Below, one piece after another: positions 1-12,039 of a stretch of DNA of 64,000 nt. A model generated the notes under the pieces. That model ran no database searches. It was not told where the DNA came from and was given only the letters and a program-made list of their open reading frames with translations. The translations under genes and the position numbers were made by a program. Every line of letters starts with the position of its first letter. The stretch's first letter is position 1. This DNA comes from Lama glama (Eukaryota), in NCBI GenBank assembly GCA_028534125.1, contig CM052816.1:6822001-6886000 (forward strand). Reading direction: 5' to 3'.

Positions 1-44
1 CCAAGGGACTTTAAAGCACCATTAAAAGAATGAAGAGGAGGAGA

Positions 45-112
45 TGATACAGAGACCCAATGACCCACAAAGCCTAAGATATTGGCTCTTTACAGAATTT
101 TCTTGATCCATG
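45..112. mobile_element. MER58-like hAT-Charlie MITE terminal fragment
   Basis: acagagacccaatgacccacaaagcctaagatattggctctttacagaa resembles the recalled MER58 end. Confidence 0.5.
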
Positions 113-149
113 AGCTATCACACAATTTTCCTGTGAAAAAGCAGCCACT

Positions 150-480
150 GAAAAATGGAAAAAAGAAAAAAAAGGAGATCCCTGTGCACTGACATGAAAA
201 GAGATCTACTACATATTGTTAAATAAAAATGCGGGTATCAGAACAGCATGAGTAGTCTGATTACATTTGTGTCAAAATATAGAATGCAAGTTATTTATGA
301 TGTATACGCAAATAAAATTTCTGGAAGGATACACAAGAAACTTCACAGTGTGGCCTCTGGGAAAATGAAACTGAGATGGAGGTGGTGATGGAGAGAAAGT
401 CTTTTACATTTTACTTTATATTCTTCAAGACTTTGATTTTTACCATGAGCACATGTTACAGCTTTAACAATAAAAATGAG
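150..480 (+). mobile_element. Ancient L1 (L1ME-type) 3' fragment
   Basis: L1ME-type 3'UTR motifs (tctggaaggatacacaagaaact...gtggcctctggg...ttttaccatgagcacatgttac) ending near aataaaaa. Confidence 0.6.
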
Positions 481-1094
481 CCAGTTGGACAATCCAATTT
501 CTTGGGGCACCTTCGGCTCTGAGTTTGTCTTGAATAATAACATCTAAAGTTGAGCTTCTGGGTTTTGCCAGTGTGATTACTACTACGCTAAGCACATCCT
601 ACATTTTATTTGTTTTAATTTTCACTAAAACTTCCTGATGTTATGATCTCCCTCTGCCAGACGAGGAAACTCAGGCTCAGACCTTGTGAGCTTGGGCTAC
701 TGCTGAGGATTCCAGACTTCTGGCTCCCCTACTCAGTTCCCAAAGGTGATACCATCTGGCCCACCTGAGCCTAAGAAGCAGAGGGAGGTTGAGCGAGAAG
801 CAGCAGCAAAAGATATGAGATACGATTTAAAGGAAGCCAGAAATTTAATATGGTCAAATTATTTCCTTCCTGGACCCAAAGCAGACTTTTATGGAGCAGA
901 TGACAGAGCTGGGAGGTCAATTTTTCACTGGGAGGTGGGAAAAAAAAGTAAATCTTTTTCACTCCTTCTCCTCCAAATCATATCATGCAAATGGTATACT
1001 CTGCCCATGGGTGAGGCTGTGTGACCTTGGGTAAATCACAGTTCCTCTCTGAACCTCAGTGCTTTATTTTTAAGATGAAGAGGTTGGCTCAAAT

Positions 1095-1422
1095 TGGGGC
1101 TCACAAACTCATGTTGACAGGGCCAGGCTGGTCAAGTTAATGAATCAAAGGACCAGCTAGGTACAGTAGGGAACCTGAGAATTCTTGCCCTACTTAAAGA
1201 AGGGCAGAATCTACCTAATACTTACAGATTGCTGCCAAGGATAAATGCAGACCAGTGTCACCAAATGGCCTCATTTTCAAGAGAAGCCAGTATTCACATT
1301 TTTATATGAAAGCATTCAATTTAAAAATCTTGCCATCTCATTCTAATTTTGAAAACATCCACTCCAGTGCCAAAATGAAACAACCCCCCAGTAGCCTGCA
1401 GGCCTGTCAGTTCACCACCTCT
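1095..1422 (+). mobile_element. MER102-like hAT-Charlie DNA transposon
   Basis: Diagnostic core ttttcaagagaagccag...ttttatatgaaa; ends ggggctcacaaactc and cagttcaccacctct. Confidence 0.65.
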
Positions 1423-2454
1423 AACCAATAGGGGCACCAGGGACATATACCATTGAGTCCCTGGTGGGGGTCAAGGTGACTGCATCACCAAAAGTTCAAA
1501 TTCCACTGAGCTTTCATTTGCAACATTCATCAGAATTCTGCCTGTTTCCTTTCTCTCAACCCAGTCTCTGCTCAAATAAGAATTAGCAAAATCCAGAAAT
1601 AAAGCACCAAGCAAGAGAAGGAAGGAGGCATGGACATCAGTCATCTGAGCCAGAAACAGGAGAACTGAGAAGGTAGAGGCAGTCTTTGCCAAAATGCCCA
1701 ACTGCCCCTTTCCTGGGGACCAGCCCTAAGCCAGTTGCAGGAAAGGGTCTTTCTCCTCTCTCTCTCTGTAAGCAGCCTCTTGCCCCCTTTCCTTCCCCTC
1801 CACCAGCACCGTCAACGTCTTTGTACCCACATCAGAGATTTCCATACAAGGGAACAGTCACTCCATCTAGAAGTGACAAGCCCACGCCGCCATCCACAAA
1901 CCGTGACGGCCCAGCTCGTTCTTCATTCTGACGTGGCTGCGAGCGACACCAGGTTCCTTGGCGACAACCTCAAGGTGACTGGAATACTGAATACCCCACG
2001 GCGGGGGTGTCCACATGCATGTGTGGACGTGCACACGCGATGGGGTTAGCCATCACTCAAGCTCGTGACAGCCCTCACACCAGAGGAGCAGGAAACACAC
2101 GCCATTCAGGAGAAAGGGAGAACTGCCCCATTCCATAATCACCCATGTCTCCCCGCCACTGCAGAATGAAGTCAAGCTCCCAGCACTGAAGGCCACTACC
2201 TTTGAAGACCAAGCTGCCTTTTCAGTCTCATCCTCAACCACATCATTCCATCAAGGAACCTCAGTCACACAAATATTCTCCCCAAACTCTGCCTAAAATG
2301 TCCCTTCATTTGGAGGATGTCAGGTTCTTATGGTTCTTGTAAAAAAAAAATTAGATTATTCCTTGGTACCTGTTCTAGTAGTTTCATTATAAAACCACTG
2401 CTAATCTCTTCCAACTAATACTACCATGCAATCATAGCAAAAGTATGATAAACA

Positions 2455-2660
2455 TAATTCATTGAGTACCTGCTATATGCCAAGCACTATACTGAGTGCT
2501 TCACCTGCTTTAAATTATTCAGGCCTCAGAAACACCCAGTTAGATGAAATCACTGAGGCACAAAGAGGTCAAGTACGCTGCACAATGTCACACAGCGAAC
2601 ACAAGGTAAAGCAAGGATTCAAACCCAGGACTTCTTCTCCAGAGCCTGCACCTCATCTCT
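2455..2660 (-). mobile_element. MIR SINE
   Basis: attgagtacctgctatatgccaagcact...gatgaaatcactgaggcacaaagagg...ggattcaaacccagg is the MIR core. Confidence 0.75.
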
Positions 2661-3177
2661 AGGATACACTGTCTTCCTCTGAGGTTCTGTGCAAGAGGAA
2701 ATCTCCATCATCACTCCAACACCTTGGAGTCCAGAGCATATCAAGGAAAAGAGGATGAGATGGGCAGTCTTGTCACTGATGTGTGGGTCACTCTGGACAG
2801 ATCACTCACTTCACCTCTGCAAGCCTCTCTTTGCCTCATCTCTAAAATGAGTGTTTAAATTAGATGACCTAGCTTGATGCAGTTTGTGATGCCATATACA
2901 AATCATTTCATCCAAACGCATTACAAAAGAGCCAAAAGAAAAAAGAACTGCATGGTGGAGTTTAAAGCGATATGAATGTCTCAGTGAACATAATAGAAAT
3001 ATGGTAGCAAAGGAGAGACGTGCATAAAGCAAAAGCATAGAATGATCTAAAAATAATTTCTTTGGGACAACTTGGTGGGCTCTACTATGACTGATGAGAC
3101 CCTGGAAATTCTACTCCAAAGGTTCAACTCCAGGCAGAAAGGCTCCTGCCTCCTGGGTGGGTGCCCAGATAAGTATC

Positions 3178-3213
3178 GCTGTAGCTTCTCCAGTGCCCAG
3201 CAGAGGGCGCCTA
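3178..3213 (+). promoter_or_regulatory. CTCF binding site (core plus probable upstream motif)
   Basis: CCAGCAGAGGGCGC at 3197-3210 matches the core consensus CCASYAGRKGGCRS exactly, with an intact CpG; ctgtagcttc just upstream resembles the CTCF upstream (ZF9-11) motif. Confidence 0.65.
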
Positions 3214-3372
3214 TGTCCACATGCTTAGCTGCTTTGAGGGACTGTGAACTTGGCAACTGCTTCAGACAGCCCCCTGCAAGGTTCTTATCTGTCTTGCTTT
3301 GTTTTCCCTGCTCTGTTTTCTAGTGGGAACTGGAATGATCCAAGGCACAGGATAGGCAATTTAGAAACTTAC

Positions 3373-3457
3373 GTTTGTCCCTATATGCCTCTGGATTTCC
3401 AACAAATCCGTTTAAAAGATGAAGAGGCCGTTCAGCGGCCCCATCCCTCTCTGCCAT
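3373..3457 (-). CDS. Candidate (alternative) first coding exon, MAERDGAAERPLHLLNGFVGNPEAYRDK, phase-1 donor; host gene not identified
   Basis: cacATGG start at 3457; 85 nt open frame to AAC|GTAAGT donor at 3373/3372; non-repetitive, locally CpG-retaining sequence; no homologue recognised. Confidence 0.3.
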
Positions 3458-6400
3458 GTGTCCTCTTTGTTCCTGGGTCTCTCCAAGCCGGGTCCGGGAG
3501 ATAAGAGAATATACCCAGCCTACACTCTGGCTGCGCCCTCTCCAGCTACTCTCAGGGGATCTCTGATTTAGCTGAGAAGGGATTCTCTTTATCAAATCAC
3601 AGGCCTCCTTAGAAACGGCCCCAGAGACCATCACCACCCCCGGGTGCTGAAATATGTTATCATTAGGCTCAACATGTGATTTAGTTAATTAAATGTCATG
3701 CTTTTGATGGCATTAATTAGACCTGCTGCCGACTCCTCAGAAAACAAAACCAAACAAAAATGAAAACATCACTCCTAACCCAGAGAGACTCAACGGAGCC
3801 AAAGAGAGATCTTTCTAAATCTCTCCCTCCTCTTAGGACAAAATTAGTCCAAATGGATCTTTGAACAGCTCAGTGAGCTTCATGAGGTCATTTTTCCTTT
3901 GAGGAGATGTTGCTCATGTCCCTGATATTTTAGAGCATTTAATGTTTTTGTTAATAATGACATAATTGCTCCTTACATGAATATAGTATTTGAGAGGTTA
4001 TAATCTTTCACATTCATCATCTCTTTTGTGTTTCAAAATAACCTGCAGGGGTTGGTGGGGGTGAGGTAAAAGGTTCACTTGCTGGAGGTCTGTCAGCGTG
4101 CTGGTCAGGGTGCTAGACCCCAAACCCAGATCTTTCCAGGGACCCACATCCACATATTTGTAATACAGTTTCGTGTATGTTTCCTCCCGTGTGAAACCTT
4201 CCACCAAAAATCTTGGCAGGGAGAAAGAGGAAGAATTATCAGTACTTCTCGGCAAATGATGAAACAGAGGCCCCAAGAAGTCAAATGAATTTGCTGAAGG
4301 GCCTAAGTCGTTTAGTGAGACTTTAGTAATAGTAATAAGTGACAAAGATGAGAACCAGCATCCCAGAGTCTCAGGGTTCTAGTCCAGAAGCTTAAGAAAT
4401 TGTCTAAGGGAGAACCAGGAGAGACCATGTCCTTTCAACACAATTAGCAATAATAATCTGAGTGTCTACCAATTGTTTAAAACCACCACATGCCAAGCAT
4501 CCTGGTACACCATATCCAAGTGCTCATAAACTTTAAAACTAGGGGTTGTTATCTAATCTATTCAACTGGGTAAAGAAAACTTTAGAGAGTTGATCATACA
4601 GCTAGAAGAGTGGAGAGGCTGCGAACTGGAACCAGGGCTGCCTGAATTCAGAGCCCATAGTCCATCTACTTTACCACAAAGCCTTCAACGGCTATCACAG
4701 TATAAGGATGGACTGGATGTGCACTGTGGCTCAGCCTCATGACACATTTGCAGAGAGAAGAGAGCTACTTTGCACAGGATTCCAGGCACAAAGGGCTTGC
4801 AGTCCACTGAGAAAGATAAGCTAAACAGAAGGGAAGGAAAGAGTGTAGAGAGCGGTACGGTACACACAGAGCTAAGGAAGAATCTTTGAGGGTGGTGGGT
4901 ATCTTCTCCAGCTTCTACCTCAAACATCAAACGTGCTATGGGCTCCCGGATGGCTTTGCTTTTTCATACTACCTATCTTGTAGAGTAGATTTATACAGTA
5001 TGCATAAATAAATAAATATTAATTCACTGGCATGTACCCGGCAGAGAGAGACAGAATTTAAATAGCTGAGAGATGTCCCTGCCATTCCCCCCAACAAGAG
5101 CGTGCCCCTGTATGAGCACAGATCAAGAGACATTAACCTGCTGGTCCCCGAGGCCGCGTTTGTCCCTGCATCCCTCTCTGAGCATCAGCATCTTAGGAAG
5201 ATGACTGTGGTTGTTTTCCTTAAAGACACAGTGTTATTTTGGTATTAATTGGTTGCTAAACACAAGGAAACCATTTCACTTGAGGCTCAACCAAAGAAAC
5301 AGACATCTGTTCCGATGCTCAAGGACAAACTGGCTGTCTCAGACAAAGGAAGAGATGGAATTATTTTGAACTTTATAGACAACTTAGAGCATTTTCTAGG
5401 GTAATTTTTATTATGTGGAATTTTATACTTACATGTTGGCTTTAAAATTTAGCCACACATAGGATGTGACCCCACTGTAAATTGCACACATGTACTTGCC
5501 ACTACATTGCCCACTTGAGCATCTGAGTCTACTGACAATACCTCCAAAATAGCAGCCATGCGTGCACAGGTAGCCAGAGAGTCAGAGATCTAGGAATTAC
5601 AACGCTGACCAACGGTCACAGTGAATGCATGGTCAGATAGTCCTTCCCAGGCACTATCAAGAAAACAGCAAAATGTGAGACAGAAGTCATCAGGGTCTAA
5701 GACACAAACACAGGCAGCAACATCTAGTGGGAAGATTACTGAACGAGTGATTGAAGGCCTATCCAGTATCACCTGTGATCTTGAAGAAGTTACTCAGTGC
5801 CTCTGAAACTTGGTTTCCTCAGTTATAATTGAAAAGAATAGACAAGTTCTCCCTAAATGATCAACCTCCCAATCCTGATGCCAGGAGTCAAGAATACAGA
5901 GGCAAATCTCTGGCAACCTGGGCTATTAAGAGTTTTGCAAAGCAGAACCGTGGGCCAGATGTGCAAAGTCCCAGTAAATGGGCTGGTAACAGGGTTACCA
6001 TTTAATGGGGGACACTCTTGAGAGTGCAAGCAGAAAGAGTAATACTTAAGCAAGCACAGTATGTGTAAGGCAGAACCATCTCAGCAAATCAGTTCACTTG
6101 CCTCTAGCTTGGAGAAGACAGAAGTCTCAGAACCTTGGAGAGTGCTTTACGCCCTACAGCTCTCCCTCCACCTGGGTCTCTCCTGTCAGCACTGCCCCAC
6201 TTAAATGACTCTTCACATCTTGCCTTGGCTTGCATCCCAGGGTAGAGGTCCACCTGGGGCCAGGCTAGGAGTATTCAGACGAGCCTAAGTCCTCAGCAGA
6301 TGCATTTAGGTTAAATGAGAGGGACAGCCGGATTCAGCAGCTAGAGGCTAAGCCACCCAGAAGTGTAGCAAAATGTCGAAGAAAAAGTATACTTAATTGG

Positions 6401-6517
6401 GACCCAGGAAATCTAATCTGTATAATATCACCTATATCTCTGAATTTCTGTATAATTTTGGTAAAGTTACTTAGCTTCTCTGAGCCTCAATTTTATCTCC
6501 TACAAAACTAAGGAGAA

Positions 6518-6545
6518 CTGTAACTCAATAAAAAAAAGTTAAAAA
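6518..6545 (+). mobile_element. Ultra-short (28 bp) L1 3' tail insertion inside a MIR
   Basis: ctgtaactcaataaaaaaaagttaaaaa flanked by a perfect 14-bp direct repeat aaaactaaggagaa (6504-6517, 6546-6559); resembles the L1 end at 55300-55330. Confidence 0.75.
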
Positions 6546-6779
6546 AAAACTAAGGAGAAAGTTTGGTTCTCTTTGGCATTTTGAGCCCTAATATCATAGC
6601 ATTTTATAGTTCTTATTAACATGGGAATATACCTTGGCTTTTTGAAGTTTCTGTGAGGTTTTAGATTTTCAGCTTTTCCTTCACAGTATAAACCATCCAA
6701 CGTCTCCAATCATGTCCATTTCACTAGCTCTCAACATGGTGAGTGTCCTGTCAATGCCATCCACTAGGAATGATGATGG

Positions 6780-7030
6780 CCACTCAGTGAGTGATCACAG
6801 AAGAGCTGCTAACACTCTAATATCTCGTATGTCTACTGCAACATTTTTCACTCTGCTTAGATGATTAAGTGTAAGATCACATTTGCAAAACTCACCAGTC
6901 CTGATAATATCCTTGAGAACCTGGATGTAGCCATGCCTGAAGCCAACAATCCCCAGATTTTCCAATAACATGAATCAGTTACCTCCTCTTTTTAATTTAC
7001 ATGGGTTGAAAAGCTCCCTGTCTCAATTAA
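6780..7030 (+). mobile_element. MLT1 (ERVL-MaLR, MLT1K/L-like) LTR fragment
   Basis: ctggatgtagccatgcctgaagcc...gattttcca motif, shared with the copy at 45840-45890. Confidence 0.5.
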
Positions 7031-7972
7031 CACTACTGAATTCCATGAAAGAGACCTGAGAATATGCAACCTATCTGGAAAGTGCGATTGCTACATATAG
7101 TACATAACAAGCTTTAGATTTAGATGTCTCTATGGGTTTTCCTTTCTATAGGTCAAGAGTCAGAAGGGGAAAATTGTAGAGTCAAGACCACGCCAATGTC
7201 AAAAATCTGCCAGACTAGGGTGCACAACTATTTTTTGAAATGCCCTTTTGCCCAGTCGTGCTGAGCATTTTTAACAGTCTGCAGTTTGCTCCTGAGAAAT
7301 TTAGCTGCCTAAAGAGAAATCTGTGCTTCTTGTGGTATCATAGCATTAATGAAATAGAAAAATACTCCAAAGAGATATACTGATAGGTTCTACATGATAT
7401 ATGCCCAAGAAGTGACAGCCATTTACTGAAGACCTACTGTGTGCCAGGAATGTCCTGTGCACAGATCTGTTCTCACAATAATTCTGGAGAGTTGATATAA
7501 TCACCTCCATTTTATTAATATTGATGTCAAAGGTGAGTGAGGTTAAATAACTTTTCCCCAAATATCAATGATCCTGTCTTCAAAGTTTGGTCTCTCAGGT
7601 TCAGGTCCAGTGTTCCTCCCAGCAGGCTAGGGCAGCTTTTCTGCCATAGAATGGAGGGGGCTCACTGAAGCACTAATCAGATGAGAATAACATCCTAGAC
7701 CTGAAGGTGGGCGGGCCGGTGGCTATGGAAAAGCACCTGTTTCCAAAGGGGCAGAGCTTACTTATGGTGACGACAGGCATGAGGAAGGCTGTGCTCACGT
7801 CATGACAGTGTTGCAGCTGCTTTCCTGAAACCATCACTGTCCTTCTCCATTCTTCTTCCTCCTTGTAACCCTCAAGATCAGGCTCAAGGTCACAAAGCTA
7901 GTAAACAGTAGAGGCAGGGTTGGAATCCAGACCTGACTTACTCCAGAAGCATCAGGCTCTTTAGAAGCACCT

Positions 7973-8472
7973 TGGCGTTTTCCAAATAACATCACTCCAA
8001 CATCACATTCTGGATTTTTCCAGACCCTTATACCATCTGCATTGTCATTTACTAGTATTTTAATTTAAAACAATAATATTTCCATTTAAAATTATTTTAA
8101 AAGAAAGCTTAACATCACTACAGAAATGGAAAAACTATCACTTGCCATAAATAGAAATTTCAAAATACATACAAGAACAAGTCAGAGTTATTAAATTTAA
8201 GAGGTACTGTTCCTTGATGATGCTTCTGAGCTTAAGACTTGCTTTTCCTCTAGTTAAAAAAAAAGGTAGGACAGAACTATTGAGGGCCTTAAAAATACAC
8301 TAGCATACACGAGGCTTTCTCCCTCGCATGATCAGATGGACTAAAAGAGAACTGAAAAGAAAAGAACTCTCACAATCCATTTCTACATTACTGAATACCC
8401 ATCTGATGTGCCACCTAAAATGACGATGGAAGTACCAGCAGGGGCACACAGCCTGCACTTTGGGACACACTG
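7973..8472. mobile_element. About 500-bp hAT-Charlie non-autonomous element (MER113/Charlie4-like)
   Basis: Degenerate terminal inverted repeats tggcgttttccaaa / tttgggacacactg; internal tatcacttgccataaatagaa and ccacctaaaat motifs. Confidence 0.6.
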
Positions 8473-10809
8473 CCTTGATATCCATCTGGCTCCAACAAGC
8501 CTGCCACATCCAAATCTCTGTGCCTTTGCTGATGCTGTCCAGAAAATCTTCCAAGTTTTGCTTCTGGATCACACATTTATAAACTGCACTATTTACTGCC
8601 CTGAGTGGTAATGTAACCATCTCCTGTGTAGATTTCTTCTCACTTTGATAAGCTTGATACCCAAATAGGCAGGGTGACTGTCCCAATCAATCCACTGCTA
8701 TATCTGCAAAGTAAACTGCAAAACATCTTAACAACCATTTCGGCTCTGGCAATGGCTTCATATATTTCAGCACTGGAAAATATCTTAATGATCATCTGAT
8801 CTGTCCTCTTAGTCTGTAGATGACAAAGCTCAGACTCAGGTTTGAAAATGACTGGTTCAAGGTTAAAGCCCTAGATGACGATGGCAGAGGTGGAGTCTGA
8901 ACTCAGAATCTCTTGATGGGTAGAAACCTTTCCTTTTGCTGTATTTTTCTCTATGGTAAGCATACAAGAGCACTTAAATACAACTCAAATTTGAAATACT
9001 CAAGAACAAACAGCCATGCCCCTGGTTCAGGGGTTGAACAATTCCAGAATACAGAATTGGATACAGAATCTTTCAGAGAACAATTTCCAGGGAAGATCTT
9101 TATCTTATAAACAAGGCTTTGCTGATTCGGTCATAATTTGTAAGTAAGGACTGATGGGGTGGACAGGGCAGGCCAAAGGGAGGAGGGAAGAGTGATTCTG
9201 CCAGTGGTGACACTGTAGGAATGATAAATTGTCTTCTTAGGAAAGATTTTTAAAAACTGTTATTATTAAACTTCTCAAACATAACTGTGTGAAGAGTGCC
9301 TGCCAAACTGCACCTACCTCTGCTGCTCAGACGATTTGGATAAGCTTTAGATAAATACCCCCGGGTCTATGGCACTGATCCAACAGGAGCTGGAACTTCC
9401 AACACTTTGAGGTTTGCCCAGCACTAAGTAATTATCCCTGGAAATATTTACTGTTTATCTACCTTCAAATTTTAATGACACAGTTTCCACTGTGCCCATT
9501 GTGATTCAGGGCACAGACGAAAGCTCCCCCAGACTCTCCCTAATAACCTTAATACAGGACAGACTAGTGCTGAAATTTTTATAAGTCTGCCAAGTCAGTT
9601 CCTCATGTTCACCCTGTCATCGCTTTCCAGCTTTTCGTGCAGAGAACAAGAAATGCTTCTAAAATTGTTCTTCAAAAAAAAAATTTTTTTTAAACTCTCC
9701 TATCTAGGTTATGGGTTCTACGAATTACCTTCATTTTAATATCCATGCCTTTGTTTTTGTTCTTCTGGGAATGCAGTTCATTTCTCTTTGCAAGAGGCAT
9801 GTCCACCTGTAGCACACACAGCCTGGGTTCCTAGAGTACTTCTGTAGTGTTTCCCTACCCACGATTGCCCTCAATCAATGTTGCCTTCTCTTTTCAAGGT
9901 CACCCTAAAGACTATGGCCTTGGGGTAGGAGAGGAGAAGATATGAGAATCAAGAGACCTCTCTAGGCCTCAGTTTCCCTATGAGTAAAAGATGGGGGGGG
10001 GTTGGACTGGAGAAGTCCAAAGGTTTCTTGCCACTCTGTCTGTGGATGCACTCATGGCGACTATCTGGTGACTGTTACCGTCAGAGAACCAGCTCACTGT
10101 TCAGTCAACTGCAAAAGATGCTGATGGTCAGGAACAGTACACTTCAGGAGAATTCTCTGCTCACTTCTCCACTGGGGATACCCAGTAGTGAAGGACTGAT
10201 CACAAGTCAGGCAGCGTTCAACTCACAGGGAAGACAACGCCCCAGGAAAGGCCGTACTTCTCTCTTCCTGCAGAACAACATCATGAAACCAGCCTCCTTC
10301 CCCTGCTCCTCAACAGCTTGGGATGTCAGCACATTTGCCCCGGGGCAGTTTTTTCAGCTGCGTCATCCTGATCCCCAATTGGCAAGTAGGGTAGAGCACA
10401 GACTTGACTTATCCAGGAGTCTGTCACCAGTTGGGTTTTGGGGTATCTTCCAAAAGCCACTCCTCTCACACTTGTCCCTACTCAATGTCACACTATTGGT
10501 TTTCATTTGATAATTTATAGATAGAATAAAATTTAATAATTTTGATAATTTTGCTATGCAGCAAAATTCTTGATTAGATTTTAGTGTAACATCATCTTCC
10601 CCTCTAGTATATAATTGTCAACTCCTTAAGGCATATAATGCCAAAATCAGGCTTCCCGTGAAGTCAAACATTCCTAGCATAACACCCTTAGCTTAAAATC
10701 AGAAGACAGAGATTCTGGTCCAAGTATATTCTAACTTGCTATGTGGCCCTGAACAAATCTCTTCACCTCTCTGTGCTCCAGTAGAGTCATCTATGAAATT
10801 GATATAACT

Positions 10810-11490
10810 CAACTAACATTTTTAAGTGTCTATTTAAAAGACACTAATAAGCAAGATACAGTGATGCTAAGGAGAGGACATTGTGATCTTGCCCTCAACT
10901 GAAGGTAAGACAAACACTGGTGACTGTAATGAGAAAAGTGTCATGAGAAAATTATAGTTTTGGTCAGGATGGGAAATGAGAGGGCATCTGGTGGAAGTTA
11001 GCATTTAAGCAGGAATGAAAGAGAGAGAATTTTGAGGGCAGACATGAAGAGTAAAGTGAGTATTTCAGGCAAAAGAAATATGAACATAGATATGAGGCAG
11101 GAAGTGGCAGCCTCCGACCGCCCGGGGCGGTGGGCTTGGTTAGAGGACAGAATGCTAAAAGAGGGAGAGTGGAAGTTGAGGACTGGAGACAGACATTGAA
11201 GCCTGACTCCAGAAAGCATTTATTTTGTCTAAGGAGTTTATAATTCATTCCGGCAATGGGGAGCCATTAGATACTTTGGAGTGAGAGGGTGGCACAATCA
11301 AAGCTGGGCTGTAGGGACTTAGGTCTGGCAACTGTGTGGAATATGAAGGGAGGGTAGAGAGAGACCGGAGGCAAGAAAGCAGTCAGAGGGCTACTGCATT
11401 ACATCTCCCAGGGTGCTGTAACACGGCACTGATTTAAGGCAGCACATGGCTCCCATGGTTGTGAGGGAAAAAAAGGAAAGAAAGAAAATA
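10810..11490 (-). mobile_element. L2 LINE 3' fragment
   Basis: Typical antisense L2 sequence (taaggagtttataattcattccggcaatggggagccatt...ggaggcaagaaagcagtcagagggctactgca). Confidence 0.7.
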
Positions 11491-11534
11491 GATGTGAGAG
11501 CATTTTAAATTCTTTATTTGGATAAGAAATAGGT

Positions 11535-12039
11535 CATCAAGAACCAGGAAGGGTGTGAGATATTGTAAAATAATAATTTAGCCTGCCACAATTTCAGAGA
11601 TGCTGACAGAAGACAGGAGATTCCTGGGTCAGAGACAAAGGCCTCTGTTATTCAAGGCACAGCAGACAGCATGAACTTCGTTTGCCCCAGTTTCCTTTGC
11701 CCCTTGAGTCTTACAGGGCAATACAGAGATGGACCCATGCGAATGCAGCTAACACATAGTGTGTGTGATACAGCTAAGGAACACAAAACTTAGAAAACCT
11801 CCAATTTCATAAGGGAAGTGTTAGCAAACCTGCCCAATCTTTGCTCCAGAGATGCTATCTTCATTTTCCCGGTCAGGAAGATCTTTTCTCTACCCTAGAG
11901 GGAGATGCTATCTCTATTTTTCAAGGTTGTTTACTATTCAAACATCCTTGAAAAGACAGTCCTGAACAAAGTTGTGGATGTCTCTCACCCAAGAGACAGA
12001 CAGAAATGCAAGAAACACAGGGAGAATTGTATCCTAACA
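11535..12039 (-). mobile_element. Solo ERVL LTR, LTR40-like
   Basis: Minus strand starts TGTTAGGATACAATTCTCC...TCTTTTCAAGGATGTTTG as in the recalled LTR40 consensus; about 500 bp; duplicated internal gagatgctatct. Confidence 0.65.

Noticed and set aside
3290..3504. Strong plus-strand polypyrimidine tract and AG at about 3323
   Set aside because: No matching strong donor downstream and no recognisable peptide; the minus-strand exon model fits better
9980..10510. 176-aa plus-strand ORF
   Set aside because: Starts within MIR-like sequence; no recognisable homology or exon boundaries
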